A stretch of 64,000 nt of DNA. It comes from Lytechinus pictus (Eukaryota). Where the stretch lies: assembly GCF_037042905.1 (NCBI RefSeq), contig NC_087250.1, positions 27,344,001 to 27,408,000 of the forward strand. Direction: 5' to 3'. Shown here piece after piece: positions 51,501-64,000 of this stretch; the first letter of the stretch is position 1, and each line of letters starts with the position of its first letter. The position numbers and the translations under genes were made by a program. Below the pieces are notes generated by a model. It did not search any database. It was not told the DNA's origin and saw only the letters and a list, made by a program, of their open reading frames with translations.

Positions 51501-53061
51501 TGAAACCTAGAGCAGTGTGCAGAGTATTACATGTAGTTTGTCCCTCTCCGTGTGCGTGGCCACGACTAGAAGTACATTGTATCATAATAAAGGAAAAGGT
51601 AATATATTTATCAGAAGAAATAAGGTTACTAATTAGAGAGGAAAAGGGGAAAGGGGCACAGGTCAACATAGGTCACTTATCAGAAGTGAAAAGGGGCACT
51701 CATCACAAGAGATGACAAGGCAGTGGCGTAGCTAGAATTTTTTTCCTGGGGGGCACTGGGGGTCCTTGCTTTTTCAGGGGGGCACCATTTTTTCCGGTGT
51801 GTGTCACAAGGGCGGGTCCGACTTTCGCCAATAGGGGACGGGGCCCGAAATTATCTTCACCAATATTTTCCCCGATCAGTCACTTCTTAGTTTTATTCTT
51901 ATAAAACAACATAAACATGAAATAATCTCATAAGCCTTTACTTTCATGTATTTTGTGCTGAAAATTTAATATTCTGGGCAATGTTATGTATGATCCTGAA
52001 CAAGATACGTATGTAACTAGATGATTACTGCGAACGCCAAGCGCGAGCAGACATTTGTATTTACTGTTCTAGCATTATCGAAAAGGGACCTGTTATTTAA
52101 AGGACTGCTTACAGTTACCCACGAAGACGGTATATATTTCAATAATGGGAGCGCGAAGCGCGAGCAATTTTGTTGTGACATTCCGACCTAAAAAATGGTC
52201 ATTCTCAGCACTTTTTGTATCAATAAATGGGATAGGTATGTAACCAAACAATTGATGCGAGCGCGAAAGGAAGAAAATTGAGATTTTAGACCTAAAGCGG
52301 GACAATCTATTCATATTTTATAAATCATAGACAGGATATAGTTAATTGGGTATCATTAGTATTGCGATCGTGAAGCGTGAGCAGACAACTTGTTGATATT
52401 CTGATGTGAAACTGGATAATTTAAGTACATTTTAAATAAAGAACATGCAGGCTATGGCGCATGTTTTAGTTTTAGACCTAGAATCTGGGCATTCTGAATA
52501 CATTTGTTTAATTGAACTATATGGAATACACGTAGACAATAGGAACTTGGCAAACCAAACAATGTGACCACGCAGCGTGAGCTTAAAATGGTGATATGTC
52601 GACCATAAAACGGACATTTTACAGAGCACTTAAATTTGTAAATGAAAAAAATGAAAAATGAAAAAAATGAAAGCTCGATGTCCGAGCTAAAATATGTTTT
52701 GTATATTGACTTCAAAACTCGCTCCATATCAGCCTATTGAGCAAGATATGAATCTCATTGAACAGATAATTCTGGCGCGAAGCGCAAGCAAAAATTTAAT
52801 ATAGTAACATGATTTTTTTTGGCAAGTCTTCCCCTCATATTATTTTATTCACTCGTCCTCCTCTTATTTTCCTCTTCTTATTTTCTCTTCTGTCTTTCTC
52901 CTTTTTCCTGTTCTTCTTTCTCCCTTTTTTCTCCCTTTTTTGTTGCTCTGCCAATTTTTTTTAGGGGGGCACCTGGGGGGGCACACCAAATCTCAGGGCC
53001 CCCCCCCCCCCCCCCCCTGTAGCTACGCCACTGTGACAAGGGGCAATTATAAGAGCTAATG

Positions 53062-53256
53062 AGGCACTATTATCAAAGGTGGAAAGGTAGTTTGTACTTG
53101 AAAAGGGGCCCTCCCCAAGCATGAAAAGGCACTATTATCAAAGGTGGAAAGGTAGTTTGTACTTGAAAAGGGGCCCTCCCCAAGCATGAAAAGGCACTAT
53201 TATCAAAGGTGGAAAGGTAGTTTGTACTTGAAAAGGGGCCCTCCCCAAGCATGAAA
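53062..53256. repeat. 65-bp unit x3, single copy in left arm (~19667-19734)
   Basis: AGGCACTATTATCAAAGG starts at 53062, 53127, 53192. Confidence 0.9.
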
Positions 53257-54471
53257 AGGCACACTTATCAGAATGGAAAAGGGGCACTCATTTCAAAGGA
53301 ATAGAAGGGGCTCTTGATGCGAATAACTGAAAGGGACACTTGTCAAAGGAAAAGTGTCACTTTAAGCTTTAAATATGGGCATTTATGAGAGTTGAAAAGG
53401 GTATCATGCTGAGAAATGGAATATAAGCTATTACAAAAAGAAAAAGGGCACATAGAAAGGAAACGGCTAGGACACGTGTCAAAATCATGGGCGTATCCGA
53501 AGGCATCCTGCTAACAGCTTCGTTGAATCCCCGTTGCAAACGAGCAAGCATGCTCAGCAGGTTGCAATTGAAAGAATGGCGGGATCGAATTCAGCTTCAT
53601 ACGTTCAATTATACAACAAGCTTTCTCATTGGTTGTATGACTGTTGTACTAAAATGTACTGAATTACGTACGCGTGGTATTCTCATTACGCACGCATGGT
53701 TATGGCATAACGTACGCGTGGTTCTGTCATAACATACGCGTTGTTTTGGCTTAACGTACGCGTGGTTCTGTCATTACGTACGCGTGGTTTGGTCTATGAG
53801 TTGATTATTTTACCGGGAACCACGCGTACGTAATGACATAACCACGCGTACGTAATGACAGAACCACGCGTACGTTATGTCAAAACCATACGTACGTTAA
53901 GAATGTCATAGAAGTATAATAGAAAATGTCCATACGTACGTTCTGTCAAGACCATACGTACGTTATGACAGATCCACGCGTACGTTATGAAAGAACCATG
54001 CGTACGTTCTGGCTTGCACACGTATGGTTTTAGCATGCGTTTTGGCGGGAACGGCCCACCATATAATAAGCATGCACAATGGTATGGAAGGCCGATAGTG
54101 CCAAAAACGTGAACTACCATACCGTCATACGTATGCTCAAAAAAGAGTACGTGTTCTTTGTTAAGAGCACGTGTTCTCCGTTAAGAGTACGTGTGCTCTA
54201 ATGGACCAATCAGCGAGCTCGATTTGGGTTTTATGCACGCGTATGCTTTTACCATACGTCAGCTGGTAGCATACGTATGAGCTGAGAACGCGTATGCTAA
54301 TATCTCACGTCAGCTAAAAGCATACGTATGCTCAGTCCATTCTGATATTCGTTCTTATCACTTTGACCAATCACATGGAGCCTTTCATTGAAGTTTGGAA
54401 GCGCGATTGCTAGTGCGCAATGTATGTATGATAATGCATATATGCACATACTACTTAATAGCGATCTATTA

Positions 54472-55660
54472 TTGTTAAAAGAGAAAATTGCGAGGGAGCA
54501 AAGCGACCGAGCGGGGGGGGGGGTGGTCTGGGAGGAGGGTGTCCCACAGAAGGGAAAATTTTGCATTGTATCTAAAAAATAAAAAAAAAAACAAGATTTC
54601 TGGTGCATATTTGTGATGTGATTATGTGGTGTGTGATGTACTACTCAATAGTGGAGGTATTGTTAAAAGAGAAAATTGCGAGGGAGCAAAGCGACCGAGC
54701 GGGGGGGGGGTCTGGGAGGAGGGTGTCCCACAGAAGGGAAAATTTTGCATTGTATCTAAAAAAAAAAAAAAAAAACAAGATTTCTGGTGCATATTTGTGA
54801 TGTGATTATGTGGTGTGTGATGTACTACTCAATAGTGGAAGTATTGTTAAAAGAGAAAATTGTGAGGGAGCAAAGCGAGCGGGGGGGGGGTGTCCCACAA
54901 CAGGGAAAATTTTGCATTGTATCTCAAAAACAAGATTTCTGGTGTATATTTGTGATGTGATTATGTGGTGTGTGATGTACTATTCAATAGTGGAAGTATT
55001 GTTAAAAGAGAAAATTGCGAGGGAGCAAAACGACCCGAGCGGGGGGGGGGGGGTGGTCTGGGAGGGGGGGGGGTGTCCCACAGCAGGGAAAATTTTGCAT
55101 TGTATTTCAAAAACAAGATTTCTGGTGCACATTTGTGATGTGATTATGCGGTGTGTTAAGTACTACTCAAGAGTGGAAATTATCTGTAAAAAAAAAACAA
55201 ATTGCAAGGGAGCAAAGCTACCAAGCGTAGGAGTGTGTGCAGGAGACGGTGTCCCCATTATGCAGGGGCAGGGAAAAATAATTTTGGCGTATCAACAATA
55301 AACCTGTTTGAACCATGTTTGTGCTGTGATTATATTGATATGAATTATGACATACTCTGTAAAGCGGGAATTGTTGGAAGAAAAAAATATGAGGGAGCGA
55401 AGGGACCGGGTGGGTGAGTTTCTGGGAGAAGAGGTCCCTCTCCCAGAGCAGGGGAATATTTTGTTGTCAGAAAAACATGCTTTCTGTGCATATTTTGTGT
55501 TGTAATTATGTGGTGTGTGATGTACTCCTGAAAAGAAGATATTATCGTTGAAAGAGAACATTGCCAGGGAGCAGAGTGAGTGTCTGGGAAGGGGTGTTCC
55601 CATCTCAGGGCAGGGAAAATTTTGCATTTGGGGTCTCAATAAAAGTTTTCTGATGCATGT
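54472..55660. repeat. Degenerate ~155-190 bp tandem repeat (about 7 units)
   Basis: TTGTTAAAAGAGAAAATTG at 54472, 54660, 54845, 54999; more diverged units follow. Confidence 0.85.
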
Positions 55661-57225
55661 TTGTACTGCGTCTTTGTGTGCGAATGGAATACTCCAGAAT
55701 AGCAGAAATTTATTCCCGTTAACCAACAGCACAAGTAGTCAGTTTTATTGGGGGTATATTAGGCAAGAATCCATGCAATTTACTTAAATGTGCGAACGAG
55801 CGAAGCGAGCGAGCGCTTCGCAAAGTATAAATAGCCATGTCTAGTAAGGAAATGAAATGACGATTGAGAGACACAGAGAGTACATATAAGCCATGCAGTT
55901 TTCCGGAATGGAATATAAGTTGTGGATATTGTAATAAAGCATGACTTTAAAGTGGTATAATAAATGATCAATTTTTAGCAGATTAAGGACTGTTAAACTG
56001 CAATGCGACCGGGGGAAGAAATGTGGGCATTTCCCCTCCCAGGTCTGATAGAGATTCGGAGGATTTTTGGATATCAAAAGCAAGAGTTATAGGGAAAGCA
56101 TGTTAATCTAAAATTACATTATGTCCTCGTGAACATTTCCTGCATATAAAAGTTAAATACAATGTCACAACTTGAAGAGAATGTACGAGTGCTAGAGAAT
56201 GGAGGGAGCAAGCTTTGAAAATTGTATATTTAAAATATTTATATATATAGTTAAGTGTTTTTCCTTTATTTCATAAACAAGGGATTAGTGTGATATGGTA
56301 TTGATTATTTGAGTTTATTTTGGCACCGACAAAAGCGCTACCCCTTCTTGCAAAATCCCCAAAGTAGTTTTGTGTACGGTGAGTGGGTACGGGCGTACGA
56401 GCACACCTTTGTGGAGGAGGGGGGGGGGGCGGGAGGGCTTAACAATATCAATGTTGCCAGAATATCAGCCTTTTAGATTTTGTTAAGAGCAAGTGAGAAA
56501 AGTTGGTTATAAAAGCGTATGAATATTAATATCTATTATTTCAAGTGTATATTGCGAGATGAGTAGAAACTATACTTTTTGTTTTTAAAATAATATATTT
56601 TCATTATACTTTGTTGTGAATTACTAACACTATTGAATAGAAAAAAAAAACGTTTGTTGATGTATAGACTTAAATCGAGACGAAATTATTCTTACCTACT
56701 TGAGAGCTGAAAATAGTCAAGTGAAAATAGTTAGGAAATATCTTTCTTTACTGTGGGTTAATGTATTTAGGACATTTCGAGAAAGGTTTGCCAATGCAAT
56801 ATATACATGATATAGTTGTATACAAATTACTGATCAAAACACCAATTATCAACCGATCTAACTATATCTTCACTATGGGTTATCTACTACATTTCGAGAA
56901 AAGCTTACCAATCCACAATCAGTTGTATGCACATTATTCATCTAAGAACTAAGTATCAACCGATCTGAATAAATGCTTAATATTTTTAAACTGATCGAAA
57001 TCTTTGCAGTTTTTTTTTTAGTTCATTATCATGGTGATGGGGAGGGTGATTTTAATGCACAAACAATCATGTAATGTTATAATCAAATAATTTTGTCAGC
57101 ATAAACGAAATTAAATGTAAAAAAACCCGACTCTATATGCAGTTCATATTTGTGATTTACAACTGATTTTATTGGACATGTAGGACTGATGGTAACAGAC
57201 GAAGGGGGGGGGGGGGTGAGAAGAT

Positions 57226-57600
57226 AAAGGGAAAAGAGAGGGGGTGGCAAAGTGGAGGGGAGTGAAAGATTTAAAAAAATGGAGAGACGAGGAAAGTAAA
57301 GATGGAAAAAAAGATAGAGAGAAAAATATATATATGAAAATAAAAGGATAAAGAGACGGAAAGGAAAGGGATAGAAAAGATGAGAGAGAGAGAGAGGGGG
57401 GGGGGAGATAGAAAAAGGGAAAAGAGAGGGGGTGGCAAAGTGGAGGGGAGTGAGAGATTTAAAACATGGAGAGACGAGGAAAGTAAAGATTCAAAAAAAG
57501 ATAGAGAAAAAAATATATATATGAAAATAAAAGGATAAAGAGACGCGGAAAGGAAAGGGATAGAAAAGATGAGAGAGAGAGAGAGAGGGGGGGGGGAGAA
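57226..57600. repeat. ~190-bp purine-rich tandem duplication
   Basis: AAAGGGAAAAGAGAGGGGGTGGCAAAGTGG occurs twice. Confidence 0.8.
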
Positions 57601-58165
57601 AGATAGAAGAAGGGGAGAGAAAATAATGGAGAGACAGTGAGAATAAAGACTGAGAAAGAGCGAGAGAGAGAAAAGTGGAGGAGTGAGAAGGAGAAATGGA
57701 GAGACAAGGTGAATACAGATGGAATAAAAGAGAGAGAGAAAGAGAGAAGAAGAAGAAGAAGAAGAACTACCGAGAGACAAGGAATGATAGAGAGAGATGG
57801 GGGGAAGGGGACGGGGTGAATTTGTAATTAAGTTTGTATTTGTATTTTCTTTTCTTAGGAAACAAAGAAACATTACATTACAAAGTGAAATACATCACAA
57901 ACCATGTCAATCATAAAAAAAAATCATAACACAATTGAAGAAAGGATGAATTTGAACTCCGAATAGATAGATCTGGCTTCGTCGAAATTAAGTAAAAGGA
58001 AACATAACTGAGGGGCTTGCCAAGAACGAATGAATTTAAGAGATTAAAAAAAAATCATAGAAAAGAGTGAGAGAGAGAAAGAGGGGGGGGGGGAACCAAT
58101 CCGAACGCTACTTTTTTGTATCACTGGGAAATTTTGTACGATTAAATAATATTAAATTATATTAA

Positions 58166-58788
58166 AGGGATGGTCCAGGCTGAAAATGTTCATAATAACT
58201 AAATATAGTAAAATCCACAAAGCCAAATGCTGAAAATTGAATTAAAATCGGATAACAAATAAGGAAGTTATTGAATTTTAATTTGTCTAATTTTAAATAT
58301 TTTGTGAAAACAGTTATTTGCATATGGTCATGATTATTCATTAGGTGGGCTGATGATGTCACATCCCCACTTTCATTGTTCTTATGTTATTACATGAAAT
58401 CATACACTTTTCATTTCTTCATACATGTGCAAATGATGTGTCTCTATTACGATAAAATAGGTTGCAGCTATAAATAACTAATGCACTTGATCAGTTGCCA
58501 TCCAATTGTTTTAGCTCTTGGTAAAAAAAGTTTAATAAATCTAATTTCATATAATACAATACAAAAGAACTGGCGGGGATATGACTTCATCAGCCTACCT
58601 CATGAATATTCATAAAGACATGCCTAGAACAGTAGAACTCAGTGTTTCACCGGAATGATAATGCAAATCTTTAAAATTCAAATAACTTCGTTATTTTCTA
58701 CCCGATTTTGATCAAATTTTTAGCATATTGCTTTTTGAATTTTATTCTTTTTATTGAGTTTTAAATATCTCCAGCCTGGACCATCCCT
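58166..58788. mobile_element. Kolobok-type MITE (family C)
   Basis: TTAA flanks; perfect 17-bp TIR AGGGATGGTCCAGGCTG, related to family B TIR. Confidence 0.85.
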
Positions 58789-60535
58789 TTAAATGTGACC
58801 ATTATGCTACTTCTAAAAATTCAAAGAACTACGCCACTGTCATATTGAAATTATGTTCAACGCTTCACCAAAACAATATATCAAAATATAATAACACAAC
58901 ACCCAGTAATGGCTTCCATAAAGTGACAGTGATCTGGAGTCGGGTATCATCGATCGGGAATCCACCTTCATGTCTATCCATTCTACGTCAAAAGATGGCG
59001 CTCTTTCAAGTCTACATTTGACACACATTGAAACACTTGATGAAGATGTGATTTCTGACATTAATAAAATCAGTTGAAATCAGAAGTCCTAGCAGTCTAC
59101 AATGAAGCTGAAATGAAACGATTGATTTCCGTAATGTCAATACGCTAAAGATGCACTCCCTTACTCCTCACTTTTTTCCTTGCACAGAGCAAATATGCAA
59201 CTAAATAGCTCATGAAATAGATTCGATGAGATTGAGGAATTACCCCCCCCCCCCCATTGCCCAATTGGCAAGCATACACTGTTACTTTACAAACATGCAA
59301 GTCAGGTCAAAAAAATTTATGCAAAAGGAAGATCAAATGAAATATTTTCAAACTGAGAATGTCGTCTTCCATTATAATCGTTAGAGTAATCATGTCGGGG
59401 TTTTTTTTTGGTGAGGCACCGATCCCTCAGATATGACGAATAAGCTGGAGGTTTCGTGTTGAGATAGAAAGGCCAACGCAAAAAGCAGGGTAAAAACACG
59501 GTGTTGTGATCACGTATCAAGATGCTCAAAGCTACCCGTCACATGCTGAAAATAATATAGAGTGATACTCAATTACCTAAATGCTGAAAATTTTTATTAA
59601 AATATGTTACAAAATACTGTTGTTAGGGTATTTTAATGGGCTGGTGATATCACGTCCAGTGCCATAGAAAGGACTTAAAAAAAAATTGTTAACTAGATAA
59701 AATAAAATGAAAAAAAGAATAAGTGCGGATTAGTCTGCAGGCACAGACCCTGATTAGAACTTCGACCAACCAGTGTGCCTCCACGCAAAGACTAGCACAT
59801 ACAAAACTTGCTGTTCCAAGATAACCTTCAGTACACAAGGCATATAAGTAGGCTGCACATATAGACCCTTATCTCGAGTGAAGGGTTTTCCCAGCAGACT
59901 AAGTGCGGATAGACATCATCAACTTGTTCATTGTATATTCATGAAGACATGCAGATACCCTTCTTATCAGAACAATGAAGGTGCTTAAAATATCAAAAAT
60001 CTATCATTTCTTATCCGGTTTCAATGACATTGTCAGTATTTTAATTGTCTAATTTTACTTTTTCTATTCAAATCATATTATATCCAAGCCTAGAGTACCC
60101 CCTCTAAGCTTCCTTTCTTAGGCACGTCAACCCACATGAAATAATAATATTTGTTGACAACGAAACTACATAATTTTTATCATGTCATCTCTGCCTTCCA
60201 GAAGGTGTACGTTGTTCATTGAATCACATGGATCCTTTTAATTTATACAGTCTTTTATATATCTATATAATACACTGAAATATGAAGAGTTAATGGACGA
60301 GGTGTAATGTTTAATACTTAATTCTTATATTGCCCCCTTTCCTGTCCAAACGACGGTGTAATATTCGCAACAATCACCCTCATGAACATTTGGTATTTGC
60401 ATACTATACCAGCATGCTGACAATCACCATGTAGAAACATGCTCATTATAACTGTAACGTTAAATATTTTTTAAATGATATGTTATTTTTCCTGTTTAAC
60501 CATCCTTGTGATCCCATACAGAGTGTTGTGCATAT

Positions 60536-61537
60536 GAAGAGTTTAGTTACAAAAGGGGTTAGGTCCACTATGGACCATTTCGAGAAAAAAAACATGTTTT
60601 TTATTCTCACTTATGTAATGTTAAGTTGGTGGAATGACACTGTATATCACTGAGATGGACACGTGACTGATTGAACTCTCAAATAACAAGTTTATTAACA
60701 ACAACTCGGAGCCGTAGTTCTTACATCTCGGTTACATGTAGCGTTGCCTAGCAACCCATAGCAACCACTTAGCAACCACGCGCATGCGTAAACATATATC
60801 ATAACATGACAACTTGGTGCAATATTCTTATGAGAAACTAAATTATCATGATGTACTGCTCTATCACGTGAACATAAAATTGGGTATAAAAGAAATCTAC
60901 CTGCCTTCAATTTTTTTCTATATATTCTTTTAAAAATCATAATTGTGGACCTACCCTCTTTTGCAACTAAACTGAAATGAATCCAATCTATTTTGACTAA
61001 AGAAGTGATTGTTTCATTGCCACTTTTATTCACGTTTTCATGAAAATTTCAAATTTTCTTTGTTTTCATTAGAGCAACAAAAAATTTAGAGGTTTTGAGA
61101 CAGAAAACAATAAAATTTATGAAAAATGGACCTAACCCCTTTTGACAAATGAGCTCTTCAGAAGAGTTTGTTTGCATAAGGGGTTAGGTCCACTCCAAAA
61201 AAAAAAATCATTTTTTAAATTCTTCCATATTGCAATATTCTTATGCGAAACTAAATTTTAATGATACCCTACCATGATAACATAAAATTGGTTATAAAAG
61301 AAATCTACCTGTCTTCATCTTTTTCATGATATTCTTTTCCCCAAAAAAAATCTGTATGGACCTAACCCCTTTTGAAAAAAAGTGTAATTTTTCTTTGCCA
61401 TTTTAATTCGATTTTTAATAGGAATTTCAACTTTTCTTTGGTATCATCTTATAGAGCTACTAAAAATCTACACATTGAGACATAAAAATCAAATTTGATG
61501 AAAAATGGACCTAACCCATTTTCCAAGTGAGCTCTTC
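60536..61537. mobile_element. Two tandem related TIR MITEs (60536-61159, 61161-61537), superfamily uncertain
   Basis: GAAGAG..AAGGGGTTAGGTCC / GGACCTAACCC..GAGCTCTTC ends; ATAT outside both outer ends. Confidence 0.65.
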
Positions 61538-62642
61538 ATATACATTGGAAGTGATCGACGGAAATATGCAAATAAATGTTCAAGTTGAAAGTTGTTCATT
61601 CTAGGGACTGATACAGGATGTAAAACTGCATGTTCAAAACTTGTAGATTATATTCACATTCGTCCACAAAGTGAACAGAGACAGAGGGTGTGAACTTGAA
61701 ATTATCGGTAAGTTTTGATAATTAGGAATACCCTAATCCGTATTTTCTTTTCATTTTTCCGTATTGATAAACTGGAGAACATGTAAGCTAATACTACATA
61801 ATCCTGAATCATTTCATATGAATTTATAGGCCTACTTTATTAACACTTGGGATACGAGAAATTTCCTAGTCAATAGAAAATCGAATCTAAACATGATCTT
61901 GCTGTAGCCTATAACATTGACACTATAAATGTTAGAGGTGAGATAATTCAAAATATAAGTATGATAAGAGATGAAGAAGGACAATTTTATTAGGACTCGA
62001 ACATTTGTTAATAGAGATAATGAGGGTGACTCTTGCATGTGGTAAACGAATGTGGTGAAAGAAATAATTTTTGTTCTCGCTGATGTATGACTTTCTGTGA
62101 TAATACAGCACCCCCCCCCCATGGTTATGCACGTGATCAGGAAATTACAAAGAAACATGTTTGAAAGTCTCCGCTTCTTTAAATTTTTCGTTGTTCTTCC
62201 TTAATTGGAGCCATAGTATAATATAAAGTTCACTATCAAACCGTATTAACAAAAAAAGAAGTAAAGATTGTTTTATCTTGTCAATCTGAGACACTGACTA
62301 CACTCAAAGCAAAATATACAAAATTAGAAGAGATGTATTGTCTATCAACCTGATAATTGTAAACTGATGTTACATACATATTTTGTACATGCAACCAGCT
62401 AACTGTGACACCTCATCCCTCTCTTTCCCCTCTCTCTCTTTCTTGTATCACTTATCAATATCATGTAAAAGAGAGAGCTCTGGGGCTAGACCCACCCCAA
62501 AAGTTCAAGCACCAAGATAAAATTGAGAAAGAGAAAGAAAGGAAAGGAAGAGGTGTGAATTATATACACATATTTTTCTTAATTTTCTTATTATTTTTTA
62601 TCCATCACAAAATAAGCTGTCTTCTTTTGCTCGCTTTCTTAA

Positions 62643-63242
62643 AGGTCAAGTCCACCTCAGAAAAATGTTGATTTGAATCAATAAAGAAAAATCAGACAAT
62701 CACAATGCTGAAATTTCATCAAAATCGGATGTAAAATATTAAGAAAGTTATGACATTTTAAAGTTTCGCTTATTTTTAACAAAATAGTTATGTGAAGCCA
62801 GTTATATCCAAATGAGAGAGTTGATGATGTCACTCACTCCCTATTTCTTTTGTTTTTTATTGTTTGAATTATACAATATTTCAATTTTTACGAATTTGAC
62901 GATAAGGACCTCCTTGCCTGAAGCACAAAATGTTAAAATAATGGAATTCCACGTGCTCAGGGAGGAATGATACTTCATTTCACATGACAATGACGAGAAA
63001 ATAAAAAAAATCATATTTCATATAATAAAATACAAAAGAAATAGTGAGTGAGTGATGTCATCAGTTCCTTATTTGCATACTGACCGAGATGTGCATATAA
63101 CTGTTTTGTGAAATGAAGCGAAACTTTAAAATGCAATAACTTTCTTATTTTACATCCGATTTTGATAAAATTTTCAGTGTTATGCTTGTTGAATTTTTCT
63201 CTCTTTATTCAAAACAAGTTTTTGTTGGGGTGGACTTGTCCT
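62643..63242. mobile_element. Kolobok-type MITE (family A, second copy)
   Basis: TTAA flanks; same TIR and internal sequence as 9712-10314. Confidence 0.85.
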
Positions 63243-64000
63243 TTAACTCCGTTTTATGAACCTTTTCATCTTTTGGACAATGTTTGGCCCCCTCATGTTT
63301 TTGTTGGTTCATCACCGCATTGACACAAGGCTTTTATATTTGACAAAAGTTTCCGAAACTGTGATCAAATTTACCATTTTTGTTTTAATATCATTCAGAC
63401 TAAAAATATTCCTTCTGGATAAAAATGAAGGGAAATTATAAAACTAATCTGCATTTGTAATAATTCTTTTCTGTATTATCATAATAGTACAAAACAATTG
63501 AATTATATTGGATGGTTCAGAACGGAATATCAGAGATATTTCAATAGTTTTGTATAGTAGCCTGGTATGCGGAGGATATCAGTCCTTTGTTCAATGTGCT
63601 CTCATATTGAACAGACAACTGATTCAGACAAAAATAAACATTAAAAATGCATCGCTAAAATCATGGACCCTTGTAGGGTCCATGCTAAAACACTCTGTAG
63701 ATTACAATTCTTGATATCAGTATTAATAGTATATAACCATTATTGTCAAAGTCATGGTCAGTTATTAAATGTTATTATCATGTACAACATTATTATCATT
63801 CTTATTATAGTTATGGTGATTTAGATTTTTCGTTATCATAATCAAAATTATTATCATAAATGGTGACAATTATAATAATAATAATAAAGTAGGTGGCCCT
63901 AATGGTACTATTATTATGGTAATATTCACCATCAACGTTATCTAACATACAAAATAATAAAACATTTAAGTTTTATGCAGAAAATCTATAGAAAGTTCAA

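Larger units (their letters stand above)
39345..54064 (-). repeat. Right arm of giant inverted repeat
   Basis: Reverse complement of 18891-39052 minus Gypsy, plus Kolobok 47713-48576. Confidence 0.95.

Noticed and set aside
21133..53732. Pairs of near-identical short ORFs suggesting conserved genes
   Set aside because: Expected from the inverted duplication; no recognisable domains
58840..59061. Possible host exon (MSEITSSSSVSMCVKCRL...)
   Set aside because: No recognisable domain, splice pattern or neighbouring exons

Overview
AT-rich, repeat-dominated eukaryotic (animal) DNA; the repeat landscape is reminiscent of sea urchins/echinoderms (inference only). No host protein-coding or RNA gene can be supported. 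(1) 1-18.6 kb: decayed LINE fragments, MITEs, a 4.3-kb TA-flanked non-autonomous TIR element, and a nest in which a minus-strand RTEX-like LINE (8697-~18575) is split by a near-full-length CR1-group (Crack/L2-like) LINE (9205-16137). That LINE in turn carries two tandem Kolobok elements in ORF1 and a LINE 3' fragment in ORF2. One Kolobok keeps convergent stumps of a THAP transposase and a KolX (P2X7-tail-like) gene. (2) 18.9-54.1 kb: a ~35-kb palindrome with ~14-kb non-coding arms (~98% identical in one hand-compared sample). Its ~290-bp centre is a third copy of the arms' outer terminal module. The left arm alone carries an intact Mag-type Gypsy element with identical LTRs; the right arm alone carries a Kolobok MITE. 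(3) 54-64 kb: tandem repeats and further Kolobok/TIR MITEs. All five Kolobok-type elements show a TGA(C/T)GTCA-like motif ~182-201 bp inside both ends.
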